Assembly: GCA_001938485.1 (NCBI GenBank)
Contig: MQRK01248900.1
Span: 79,055-143,054, forward strand
Direction: 5' to 3'
Length of the DNA stretch: 64,000 nt
From: Girardia tigrina
Taxonomy: Eukaryota
In this document: piece after piece, positions 26,958 to 42,630 of the stretch
How positions within the stretch are numbered: the stretch's first letter is position 1
Layout: every line of letters starts with the position of its first letter
Position numbers and translations under genes: made by a program
Notes under the pieces: model-generated
Seen by the model: the letters and a program-made list of their open reading frames with translations, nothing else
What the model was told of the DNA's origin: nothing
The model's database searches: none

Positions 26958-27344
26958 AAAAAATAATATAAATAGTCTTTATTTTCATTATAATTAAAAA
27001 TATCAACATTTATTTTAAAGTATATATATATTTACTAAATATTTTAGAATCTTTCAGATTTTTTTATGGTTTGAAATATAAATTTATATTTCATTTGAAA
27101 GAAATTTTTCATTTGAAAAATTTCATTGTTGAAAGAAAATTTTGTGAAAGAAAACATTGAAAAATTTTTTAATGTATTATGATACATTCATATAAACACG
27201 AACAAGAAGTCACTCTAAATAACTAAACAAAGCTTTATACTAGGTTGGTCTACTAGAGATCCACAAGAAGTATATAATAGTTTAGGTTAAAACTTGCTTA
27301 AGGTCAGGATGCAACTAATATATTCAGTTTCGCATGTACAGTAT

Positions 27345-28584
27345 CACAATAAGGACTGAGTGCAAAAAATATTACTAACTTTAAATCTCTATAACTCTAA
27401 CATAAATTCACAAATTACAAAAAAATAATCAAGTAGGCTGTTGTTTGAATAAATTAAAATACAATTATTTTTAGTATTCATTTTTAAATGTCATTTTTCA
27501 TGAATATGTCGTCAGAAACAGGAAGTCACGAATTAATTATTCGTTTATTTCAAGAAAATCCACAATCAAGTCAGAAAACCATTGCCAGAAAGGCAAAAGT
27601 TTTAGAAAAATTGGTTCGGGAAGAAGAAAGGTTTTTTCGTGTACACAGAATGTGAAGAAAGTAAAGGCTCTGTTAGAGAGAAATCCTCATCTATCAAATC
27701 GAAAACTGGCGGTGAAGGCAAATTGTAGCAAAAAAACAGTTCGGACAATTAAAACTCTGTGAGTTTAACAACGTATAAAGTTCAAACAGCTATCAAGAAA
27801 GTAAAGGCGCAGCAGCGAGCAAGAAAGTTGCAATCTGGTTTTCTTGCGAAGAAAATATTTTTCATTATGGATGATGAGATTTTATGTGTTCTTTGATTTT
27901 TCCCAGCTATTTGGACAAGAATTTACTCTGCAACTAAGAGAGGAGGATTTGAAGGAAAATTTAGTGGCAAGAAAAAATCTAAGTTTCCCAAAAAATTTCT
28001 TGTTTGGCAGGCTATATGTGGATTTGAGAAAAGGAGTAAATGCTTAGTCACACCTAGCACAATAAACACAGAAGTCTATGCGAAGGAGTGCTTGCTAAAA
28101 CGTTTTTTACCATTCATACGTCAGTGCGGAGGTCTTACATTCTTTTGGCCTGATTTGGCATCATTCCACTATGGAAAGGCAGCCAAGGAGTGGTACATAG
28201 ACAATAACGTCGATTTGGTGCAAAAATAGGTAAACCCACCAAATTTTCCAGAGCTTCGCACAATCGAAAGATATTGGATCCTGGTAAAAAAGCAATTAAA
28301 GACGACAAACAAGAGGGTACAGACATTTGCAGATTTTCGGAACAAGTAGAATAATGCAGCCAAAAACGTGACAGAAACTACAATTGCAAGTTTAATTAAT
28401 GGTAGGCATTTCGGAAAAGCTCCCAGAATTTATTTAAAAATAAATAATCTTTCTTAGATTACTAAAATTATTTTGAATTAAACTCATTTTTTAAAACAGT
28501 CGGTATTTTTTCAATAATAAATATGGTTTTGAAGATAGAGGATTTTAAAGTTAGTAATATTTTTCACACTCAGTCCTTATTGTG
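27345..28584 (+). mobile_element. IS630-Tc1-mariner element, DD37E type, pseudogenized
   Basis: About 45-bp TIRs (cacaataaggactgagtg...). MDDE motif. 37 residues lie between D of WPDLAS and E of LRTIERYW. Confidence 0.85.
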
Positions 28585-29645
28585 TTGTAAAACCTTAGTA
28601 AAACAAATTCAAAAAAAACAATTTGTAATTTCTAATACTTTTTTGACAAAAAATCCTTTTTTATTTTAAAAGAGCCTTCTAAAATAGATAAAAGATGGAT
28701 TTATTTGACGATAATGATGATGTTAGTAATCATGCTAACTGATTCAAACCCAGTACAAGTAAAATTCTTTAATCTACCAACAAATTTTATATTCGTTGCA
28801 AGTATAATGATGCTTCATAGAATTAGAATTTATACCAACAAAGGCAAACGATCTCACGATTTCCGAGTATGTGTTGTGTGATAATTCGGAGTCAAAAGGT
28901 TATTGGTTACGAACAAGCTTCAATGTCTTAAAAATTATTCCTCGCTTGCTTTAAAAGATCATTTTTTTCAAAAATCCTACGTACAATAAATTACTTCATG
29001 GAAGAATAAAGCACGAGAAGGTTGTTTAGAAAAGAGTAAATCCCAAAAACAACACGCTTGACTATGAATTAATTTTAAAATAATATAAAGAAATATAATG
29101 TGGAAATTACCAAATTAAAGTTTATCATGCTATGTAGGTCTAAACATAAATGGAGCTATCAAAAACATATAAATCTTAAATTTCTCATTAGACGTAATTT
29201 ATTATATACATAAACATAAATATTTTGTTTCGTTTTCGTATATTATTTTTCTAAAATATATTAAAGATGTTTCGTTCGCATAACACGTCGACCCCACCAT
29301 TTTTAAACTACTTTTTGTAGGAAAGACATTTATTCAAGTACAATAATCAATTAACCAAAAATAAATTTACTTAAAACTTTATCAGCTAAATTATAAAATT
29401 CAAAAATACCGTAACTAAAAAGAACAGAATCGCTGCTTTAATGATACAAGATACTAATTAGAAAAATAATCGCTGGTCTGAAGGTGAAGATTAAAGTTTC
29501 AGAGTATTTAATTTAATGTTAAGATAAATTTTCTTTTTATTTAAAAATTTATCAATTTAATAATATTCTTTGAATAAATTCAATCTGTCAAATGATACTT
29601 TAATAATAAAAAACAATAAAGCCATTTTAATTTAAAATTTTTATT

Positions 29646-29685
29646 GGAAAACTTGTTTCGCCACTTCTGGGGCGTCGTCAGTTCT
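29646..29685 (-). ncRNA. Minimal type-I hammerhead ribozyme
   Basis: Minus strand reads agaa-CTGACGA-c-gcc(ccagaagt)ggc-GAAAC-aa-GTT-ttcc. Confidence 0.7.
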
Positions 29686-29920
29686 GTAAGAAAGTAAATC
29701 GCTGTTGTACTTATAGTCGGAATACCATTACATCATGTCTTACGTCAGAATACTCTAATATGATTGGACGAATCACTTTGCACTTTTAAACAAGTTTATG
29801 AAATTTAATTCACAGTGCTTCAGTAAATACCATTTCATAGTTACAGTCAAAATTGCTAATAAAACCCGAAAATCACTCTCATTTACTCTCCTGTGAGTTC
29901 CTTACGATTTACTTTCTTAC

Positions 29921-29960
29921 AGAACTGACGATGCAACATAAAAGTCGAAACATGTTTTCC
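29921..29960 (+). ncRNA. Hammerhead motif with eroded stem II
   Basis: agaa-CTGACGA-t-gcaacataaaagtc-GAAACATGTT-ttcc. Confidence 0.6.
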
Positions 29961-30819
29961 AATAAGAATTTTAAATTAAAATGGCTTTATTGTTTTTATT
30001 AATAGTATTCCTTTAATAAATTAGGGTTGTAGCAACAATTTTCTAAGAACTCAAAGAGGCTTCCAATATCCGATATAGGGAATAATTTCCTTAATATTTT
30101 CTCGGAGTTGTCTGTCGACATTACAATTATATATTTTTCATTTTCTTATTTAGAATTTAAAAAAAATAATTCTGAATATTGAATTTAGAATTTTATTTCA
30201 TATTGTTCCTTTACAAAAGCAAAATTAATGAGATTCGGCATCAAGATGTCTTAAATCAAAATATTTTTCATTTTTACAGCTGTTTTAAATACATATAAAA
30301 TCAAAAATAAAATTTAATTGAATATTTTTAGAAAAAAAAACAGGGAAAATATTTTATATCAACAAGTGTTTTTAACATCATAAAAAATCTTTCAAATATA
30401 TTTTTGACGATTTATTCTACTGAGCTTTTAATTTATTTTCAAATTTTAGTTTAATTTTTAATTAATAATTAATTAAAGATATTTTTTTAATGTAAATTAT
30501 ATAAAGGAAAAAAATAAGAAATGGCGGTTTAAAAATATCTCATTAATCTCATTTTATTTCTCATTAATAATTCTTTTTTCTTTCAAAAAAACTTTACGAG
30601 AAGAAAATCCAAGATTAGAGAGAAGAGACGAGTTGTGTCGACACAAAATAATTTTAGTTTTATATATATTTTGTTTCTCTTATTCTATGAGAAATAAGAA
30701 AATTTATTTATTTATCTCATAATTATAACTGATTATCAATTTTTATTTCAATTAAATTAATTAAAATACTCTATTTATTTAGTTTCGCTTTTCGAAAATT
30801 AATTAAACAAAAAGAAAGC

Positions 30820-30882
<63 letters not shown>

Positions 30883-31733
30883 TTAATAAGTTTTATCAAT
30901 TACTCTACCCGACAAATTTGAACTTTCTTTTAGACAAAAATGTCTATACGTGTACTATATCAAGACTTTGATGCTCAATACGAATATGAAAAATAAAAAT
31001 ATGTAAAAGCCCAAGATCGAAAACTAGTCAAGCACTTATAACACAGTAATGCATAGTTTATGAACTAAAAATTATTCAATAATGTCAGCCATCATTCTAA
31101 GATCTACTTTTCCTTGATCTTTTTAGTCCAGTGTTGAAATGGTCAAATGAAATCCTTCACCATGGCCATCTATGATCTGTTCCACCTGGGAATACGAAAA
31201 TGTCAATGTGATTTTTTAGAACGTGAAATTTTGAACACATATTCACCTTCATCTGTTCAAATACATCCAACACTTCTTGAACTATATCTCAATAATCAGA
31301 AGATCGATGTTTACCTGAGAAAAAAATTAAAAATAGAAATTACGATGTTATCTGTTTGTACGCATGTGGTCCAATGACTGAAGTAGATACACATACCAAG
31401 AACGTTTTCCAAAACGTTTTTAATGACATTCTAGATACATAATTCAACCGGGGATAATGCATCTTTATATTACTGAATCTTCATTAATCTTTTGGTATCT
31501 AGCCTAACGAAGATGAGTTCTTTTATTTTCGCTGCTGTTAGTTACGGGAAAATATTCTATATTGTTTTCTATATCTCACCCTCCGAATCAAAAGCCATGA
31601 CAAAATTTTTGAAAATGTCCAACTTTACATTAGATGGTTGTAAAATTACTTTTCCCGGTGGTAAGAGAGCCTCATGGAGGACATTTTGCACTCTTGGTGT
31701 TTGATTAACGTGCTCTGGCCAATGGCTTTTGAT

Positions 31734-34356
<2,623 letters not shown>

Positions 34357-35719
34357 GTTTCTGATATAATGCTGCTAACATGTTCTGCTATCCCATAGAC
34401 AAATAGGGCAATTGTATTTGGAGTAGCCACGCTGTATCGTCCATTGGAGAGACATATCGCCATCTCAAAAAGCTGATAAGTGAGCATTCACAATCTAGTC
34501 GATCAAGTAAGTTTTCTGTTTCATAAAAGACCTTTGATTCACATTATGAGAGACAGTTCAGGGAATCCTTAATGATAAGACATTTTAACTCACTAATTAA
34601 TATTCAACATTTACAAAATAAGGAAGTCTCAATTCCTAAAGTCTTTAAAAATTTTTTTTAATGACCATTAATATTACATAAATTCTGGGGGAAAATTACA
34701 TATTTTAAATATTCAATTTTTTGATAATGGAACAGGAAACTTCAAAACATGTTCAATAATCAATTTCTTAAAAAAACGTTAACTTTAAAATATCAAATTA
34801 GCTTTCACAAAATTCTATATTATATATAAAATTATTTATTTTGTTTGTATAATTTCAACGATTTATTTTGTTAAACTGTTTCAACAAATCTGATTTCGTT
34901 GAGCATTATTATTTTTAATATTATTTTTTTTAAAAAATATTTTATAATAAAAATTTTTTTAATGCAATCATTGTATCAATCCATTAACAATTAGAAATAT
35001 TATTTTTATTGCTTATAACAAAAGCGTATCAAAATCATTCCCATTATAAATATAATATAAATTTATTTATATTAAATAATTAATTAGCGTTTCAGTGCTA
35101 ATTCGGATGTAGCAAAATTTATTAATAAAATTTAATTATCATGGTTTATTTACGATAAAGAGGATAAAATTCTTCCCATATTGAAGGCTGAATAAATAAT
35201 TTTTAAATGAAACAATATCTCTCGCGGTTAAACAGTTGATATATTCATTAAATCATGTCAAACGGGTTAAATTAGAAATTATTTCTATTTCGAAACAGAT
35301 TTTAGATGTGAAAATTCAATTAATTAAACAGTTTGTTTTTCGATTTTTATTTTAAAAATAATCACAACAAAAATATAAATTGATTAATTTTGTATTGTTT
35401 AATGTTCGATTTTTTTGTAATATTACCAGAGGAGCTCAAATACACTTTTAAATCTCTTAATCTAAGAAATGTTAACCTAATTTTACAAATAAACTAATAC
35501 ACGAACCGTCAAAAAGATCATTAACCTTTCCTTGAATTAATCATTTAAAATATTATATTTACTAATTAGTTGAAGTAATAGTGACCCTTATTAAACTTTT
35601 AACAGATAGGGAATAAGCCCTAGGATATATACAAGAGTGTGAGAAGGTAGTTCTGGCCAGTAACACTTTCTTAACAATAAATCCTATCCACTCCTGAAGT
35701 AAATACTAGGAATAATCCC

Positions 35720-36527
35720 TTCCCAACCCCACCAAACGCAAAGCATTGTCTTTCGTGGATGAAGATCCTGTTTTGCTCACGGTGTCGATTGTTCTTCTCG
35801 GCTACGCCATTCTTTGCGCTGTTTCATGTTGACGTACAGGCACCATTTTTCATCACCCGTTACAATTCGAAAAAGAAATTGTTGCTTATGACCGTGAGTA
35901 GAGCGATGACGGGCAAGCAAACTCACCGAAATTGGGAATCACTGGATTTTGTTGTTTTCGGTCAAGAGATGTGGGACCCAAGCTCCCATTTTTTGAACTT
36001 TTCCCATTGATTTCAGGTGGTTCACGACAGTCTTTTGATCACAATCCATTTGCTCCGCCAATTCTCGAGTGGTTTGACGCGCGTCTTCATGCAAACATGT
36101 AAAAGTTTGTTCAAACGCTCTTCATCGAATTCATTTGGTCGTCCTGAACGAGGTGCATCCTTGAGGTCAAAATTGTCAATTTTAAATTTTGCGAACCAAT
36201 CACGCGTGGTTCTATCAGCTATAGCACCTTCTCAGTATACAGCGTAAAGCTCTCGGGCAGCGTCTGCGGCTTTGGCGCCTCGATTATATGCAAACAATAG
36301 ATGGTGTCAGAAATGCTCATTTTTGTCGACTTGTCACTCCATTTCAATGGTCTAAAAATCGACAAAAATTAATCTGAATAAAAAAACAAAATACACCACT
36401 TTTTAGAGCAAAACAATAGCTTTCAAATAAAATATAACATTACATTAAAAAATTTGATTTAAATATTAAATTGATTAAAAATTGATTAAAAATTCAAAAA
36501 ACGGCGGGAACTTATTCCTCAACCTAA
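35720..36527 (-). mobile_element. Mariner 5' half
   Basis: End ...ctcaacctaa-TA. HTH N-terminus (HHLLFAYNRGAKAADAARE) and WVPHLLT, IVTGDEKWCLY. Confidence 0.85.
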
Positions 36528-37511
36528 TACTTTGCCTTCTTTACATGCGCCACTAAAACCTTTATTAAAAAAACTTGAATTTTTAAATTTCAATTTTGAA
36601 AAGAAAATATTATCCATTAATATTTTTATTTATAAAAAAACTTCATTCCCTTGAAAAATAAAGGAATTCACGAGTCAATGTATGTTTATTTCGTTGCTCC
36701 TAATACATTCTTTGTTCATACGAACATCGGCTTCCTCATCTTCATAGGTTTTTGGTAGGTGTATCTCTACCTTTAGTTCATTGATGTAAACATATAATTA
36801 AACTATTTTAATTTCTGTGTTAATATTTGTTAAAATATCAAATATAAGATGGTATATGGCAAAAACAATCGACTTTTAGAAAACTTCAGTTTGAGTTTTC
36901 TTTCACTGAATTTCAAAATTAAATAAATATAATATTTTGTAAATATAATACATAAAACATTACTCTCTTATTACTGATGACAACTGCTCAAAAAAATACT
37001 TCTTCGTTGTCGTATTTGTCATTCATTATTTATATTTATTTTACTTATTGAATTTTATTTTATTTTTTTATTTTTATATTTCTTCTTGTATTACTTAGAT
37101 AAAATAGTTTTGTTGTTAATAAATTAATTTTTAGAACTTTAAATCGTAAATGTTTCTTAATTTTGTATCAAATTTTTCCTGAGTTCTTTCTGATTCTTAA
37201 TTTTGATACCAAAAGTACACTTATTTTTTTCCTTTGGAGTTTATTTTCCGTAAGCCCTTTCGTCATAAACTCGGCGATTCGCAAACCAAAGCCGCAATTA
37301 ACCGGTTTTATTGTTAACACGTTTTACAGCACAAATTAATTCTCATTTTAATATGTATATTGCTTTTGAATTGTGTCAAAAAATAAAATAATTTATTTGA
37401 TAAGTAAAAATATCTTTTATTTCATGATACAAGGAGTTAACAAGTAAAAAAGGCAATATTAATATATAATTTAATAAATTAAGTTAATTTATAATTTTTG
37501 TTAACTTGTTA

Positions 37512-38536
37512 TTAGGAATATTAACTTTCAATGAATTTTTTGAGTAGTTTTTCTTGTAGTTTTTTTTCATTTAGCAAAGAGTTTGCTTAGAAATACGAAA
37601 GCCAAATATCAAATAAAAACATATTACAAATAATGTATGAAAAGTCATATAAAGACGATTAATACAATTTTATTAAAAAAACTAATATTTTTAAATACCG
37701 CCATTTTCTAAAATTACGGCTTCTATGCGTCGCGACATACTTTCTATGCAAACTTTAGCAGTATTTATGAGATTTTGGGTATGGTGCCACACTTAATGGC
37801 TTCAATGAGCGGTTGTTTGGTTTTTAAGATTTGTTTAGCAACTGCCCTTTTCGTGATTTTCAGCATGTGTTTGATGGGGTTCATATCCGGTTAATTTCTC
37901 GACCAGGGTAGGGCTTTAACATTTTTTTCATCTAGAAATGCAATGACTCTTCTGGCTTTGTGACAAGGTGCCAAATAATGCATAAAGATATAATCTTCCT
38001 CATTTGGGAACCATCCTTCTAACTAAGGAAGAAGATGAGTTTCCAGCACTCCCTGATATGGGTCCTTTTTCATCATCCCTTTCTCAATGTTCAGAGGTTC
38101 CAAACCCCTTGATGAATTTTCAGACAACACCGTGACACTTGGGGGTTTTTGACCTTTTCCATAAGGCATTCCTTTAGGAGCTGCTCTCCTGGGCGCCGTC
38201 GAACAAAACAGCATTTGTCCACCGAAATTTGAAAAGAGGACTCGTCGGAGAAGCAGATCTGTAAAATGATACCTTAAAAAAATATCATTTCTCAATAAAA
38301 AAAATGTTACTTACACGACTCCAATCTTCATCAGTCATATGCTTGTGCTGTTAAGCCCATTGAAGTCTCTTTTTCATTGCCTGAGTCAGGTGTGTTTTTT
38401 AGTAGGTTGCCAACCGATCAAGTTTTCTTCAGTCAATTTTTTATGTGATATTTGGCTTTCGTATTTCTAAGGAAACACTTTGTTAATTGAAAAAAAACTC
38501 TAAGACTTAACTCAAAGTTGATAGAATGTTTCCTAA
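37512..38536 (-). mobile_element. Tc1-like element, internally deleted, long TIRs
   Basis: Inverted repeats at about 37512-37620 and 38438-38536. Remnants APCHKARRVIAF and PDMNPIKH. Confidence 0.75.
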
Positions 38537-39410
38537 AAATGTTTATTTAATTTTTTATACTAAATCATTATAAGTAAAATTTAGGTCCAATTGATAAAAT
38601 TCATTATTCATACAGACGATTTAGTCCGATATACTTCTGATAATTGTCAAGAACATTGACAAATATACCGTCGTAAAATTTGTCAAAAAAATAAATCCAA
38701 ATAGATTTCGAATTTATCTGAATTTTGGAAGAGGACTTCTGTTTTTGCCATAATCGCAATTTAAAACCCTAAAAATGTCGGTTCAATTGTAGCCGCATTT
38801 TTACAATCTTTAATTGTGGCCTTAGGAATGCCATTTCTCTTTCTCCTTCGTTTTCATTTTTCGCATTTTGATTCCTTTCTTTATTTTGTATAAATTTCCA
38901 TCTTTTAAGGCACTTGGTCGAAAATTCTACAAAATCAAATTGCTCTTCTGGGTGCATCTTGTGATGCTCATCGTGAGTCAACTTCACGAAATTCATGTTA
39001 ATAACCATCGATAATCTCTCCAATGATTTTCCTTTTTATGAAGCTATTTATCGATTGCAAAATGTAATTAGAATAGCTTTATAATTAGACCGACAAACAG
39101 CTTATCTTTAAATCGTTTCCTAATTACAAAAATTCAAAAGAAAATTGCTTTTAATCAATTTTTTATTCAGAAATGTGTGCAGAGATTTCACTTTTATACA
39201 TCACTTTCAAACAACACATTTTTTAAAACATAATTTACATTCAGAAAAAAAATGTTTTACAAAAACATATATAATTATATATATATATATAATAATTTAA
39301 CATTTTTTCTTTACTTTCCTTTTTTAACATATATACAAATATCAATTTTAAAACTAATATNNNNNNNNNNNNNNNNNNNNNNNNNNNNNNNNNNNNNNNN
39401 NNNNNNNNNN

Positions 39411-39492
<82 letters not shown>

Positions 39493-39516
39493 ATCTATTG
39501 TGTATCTATCTATCTA

Positions 39517-39952
39517 TTTTTGAAGGTCTTTTACTCAACCAATTTTCTCAAATCTTTGCACACTCACTCATTCTTGATGACAATAAACGATAATGGGAAT
39601 ATTTGATCCAAAAAACTTTCTAAGGTCTCAAAATTAAAACAAAATTGTCCCATCGGAGTTCCTGAACAATATTAATATAAAGAGATCGATTTATAAATTA
39701 TAAGTAGTTTATATTTTTCAAAAAATAAATAAAAAATAAGTCCAGTAAACCGATTTAATGTCTGACTAGTAAATCGAAAAAATATTTTTTATATTCTTGC
39801 TTTATGCGGGGAACTATGCTTGACCAACAGAATTTTTTAATTTTTTATTGTGCTTTTTTTAATATTTTTTTTAATTAAAATTTTTTTGGCATAGTAGAAT
39901 TCTGTCTGCAAAAAGAATGGATATAATTTTTTTTTGATTTACTACGTTTATT
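39517..39952 (+). repeat. Dispersed non-autonomous repeat (family A), microsatellite-associated, possibly Helentron/HINE-like
   Basis: Inverted copy at 56652-57043. Follows (GT)n/(TATC)n and has an internal inverted repeat. Confidence 0.6.
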
Positions 39953-40842
39953 TTAGATCTCATTGTATGTATCAAAGAAAAGAAAGAAATATATTTATAA
40001 CAATATGTAATATGTATCTTTCTTATTACTTAATATTTTTTTTCCAATTGAGTCAGAGATTGAACGATTGCCAAAATTTTACAACTTGAAGATATTTTTA
40101 ACTTTTCTCTTTATTATTCCATCATCAATTTAATTATTATCATATATGGGAATATAAGAAATACACATTTTTTACAAAGATTTATAATCTGATTGCTCTA
40201 TTAAGTCTTTTTAAAATTTTCTTTTGGAAATAAAATGTATATAATAAATAAAAATATAATAATTAAGATAAATAATATTACAAAAAATGACAATAATATT
40301 CATGAGGCCTTCTATTGAGAATTCTAATCTTAAGAAAACGTTGGATAGACCAAAATGAAAGATGTGATGTTAAAATTATTAAGGTTACAAAGAAGTAAAT
40401 TTATTTATCATTTTTTTCCAAATAATATAAGAATATTCTTAAAATTAAAATCCCACAAACAGTATTTTTGATAAATGAAACTACTAAAACTTTAACAAGG
40501 TATTCTCTATTTTCATTCTAAATAAAAATCTTCAATATGAAAGCATTTGATTCATTAGTTTTCTATTTGACTTTCAAAGGATCATGCCATGGTTGTATGG
40601 TTGACCATAAGGTCACTATATGTATTTATAAATCGCGTCAAAAATGTCACTCAAACATAACATTTTCTCGGTTGCAGCATTTATTTAATATGCAGACTTA
40701 TAAGGAAGTAATTCATGTTTCCATTTGCAGTAGATTAACTAGTGCCATATCCCTTTACAAATTACGTATAATTATGATATACGAAATTCCCAAATGAATT
40801 CAGAATTAGTCCGTGTGGGCAACTGTCCGACCATATACATAT

Positions 40843-41027
40843 GGTGTTCTTCAAGGGCTTACCAAAACCAACAACTACATCGAAGGATGACATAGTGGAT
40901 TACAGCAACTGATATCTACAAGCCATCTTAATAACTGGAAATTTATTTCTGGTATCAAAAAAGAACAGAGTCTGAACGAGGTACACTATACTAGTGGCCA
41001 AGAACCTGCTAGTCAAAGGAAAAAAAT
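40843..41027 (+). mobile_element. MULE transposase fragment
   Basis: Close copy of about 33829-34020. Confidence 0.8.
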
Positions 41028-41229
41028 ATTCCAGTAATTCCAGCATTTTACAGGCCTTCGATAAACACTCGAGAGCATTCGAGTAGTCACCGACAATGAA
41101 TAATTTCTTTCCTTGAATAAAAATCTCTTCACCGGTTAATTCAACGGATTCCGATTCTCATTTACGATCGTTGATTTTCGACATTATCTTTGAATTCAAA
41201 TAAATCAATCTGTGTAGTTATTAAAACAA

Positions 41230-41266
<37 letters not shown>

Positions 41267-41316
41267 NNNNNNNNNNNNNNNNNNNNNNNNNNNNNNNNNN
41301 NNNNNNNNNNNNNNNN

Positions 41317-41364
<48 letters not shown>

Positions 41365-41461
41365 CTCTTAAAATTTTTGGAATAATTAATTTTTATAAAT
41401 AATTTCTAAAATAAGAAAATATTTAAAATCCAAAGTTTTCTAAACAATTATGACTAAAAAA

Positions 41462-42630
41462 TAGGTTTAAAAGGATAAATATCTTTTGTTGGGCCTCCCA
41501 TCTCTTTTGAATGGTATTGAGCCACTAGGCTCTTTAGAGGGTCCACCCAAACTAAAGAGTGCTAGCTGGCCCCCGATAGGCCTCCTATGAGGACGGAGTG
41601 CTGCAGTCTCCGAAATTTCTTGGGCTTCCCTGTTGCAAACGACCAATCATGGACGTGGTACCATGATTGAGCATCCCTCTGGCTATATCCGTGGACTTGG
41701 TACAGCCGCGAAAGGGACATTTGAACTTTCCCTTCGCATTTGGATCTGCGATCCTAAAAGACAAATGTGTATCTTCGGGATGAGTTGTTTGCTCCACAAC
41801 CGTTGAAATAGTCGGGGTGACTGTTGCTGACTGAAAGTCGGTCATTTGGATGAGTGTTGGTTCTGTGTCTCTGTCTGGATTGTCGCTTCTTCTGTTGGAT
41901 TGCGCTGATGATTCTGTGGGATGTTCATTGATATTCTCCTTCACCTCTATTCGATGATCTTTACGCAGATGCCTCGTAAACCATCCTTTCGTTTTGTAAC
42001 CTTTGCTGCATTTGGTACACTTAATCGGTTTTTCATCTTGTGGGAGCTGAAGCGGAATGCTTACTGTAGATTTCGTGTGATTCCGCTTGAGATGTCTATT
42101 CAGCTCCTTTTGTTCGGCAAACTCCTTAAAGAAACCTTCTATCGTACATTGAAGGAGTTTATCTCTCTCACTGAGTAATTTCGGCAGATCGGTTCTTGTT
42201 CTGTTCTACTTTCCTTCTATTATTAACCAGTTGATGTATTGCTCTCTTTCTATAGTGGGGTCTCTGTGGACAATGTGGTGTATGAAGTCTTCATACGTTG
42301 CACTATCCTCGAAGAGCCACTGTATATCCCCCTGCGAGGCATTCGGAGAGAGCTTGCTTCTTTCTCCAACTGATCTTCTTTCCCATTGACATTGTTGCTT
42401 TCCACACACAACTCACAATGTTTGGTGTATCAGAGGCATCCAACCTGCTATGATAGGCAAGTCTTCTGCTTGCAATGATATCCATGGGAAGCGGGAGTCC
42501 AATGTCGATAGTATCCATCTGTATCCTCTCAGTCTTCTGCACTTTCAGGGTTTTTGCGAGTGCACAAATTGTGAAAGGCAGCCAGCTTCTTGATTGTTTT
42601 GCTACCTGTTCACCAACTCTTACAACTATA
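41462..42630 (-). mobile_element. Deleted RLE-type non-LTR retrotransposon fragment
   Basis: GC-richer block with a zinc-finger-like FKCPFRGCTKS...MLNH motif fused to a probable 3' end. Confidence 0.45.

Larger units (their letters stand above)
29581..30000. mobile_element. Second fold-back element of inverted PLE-type terminal repeats with hammerheads
   Basis: Inverted arms at about 29600-29701 and 29905-30003. Flanked by imperfect 24-bp direct repeats (29557-29580, 29999-30022). Confidence 0.75.

Noticed and set aside
41462-41500. Spliced-leader target site for the NeSL-like elements
   Set aside because: No spliced-leader sequence was recognised at any junction.
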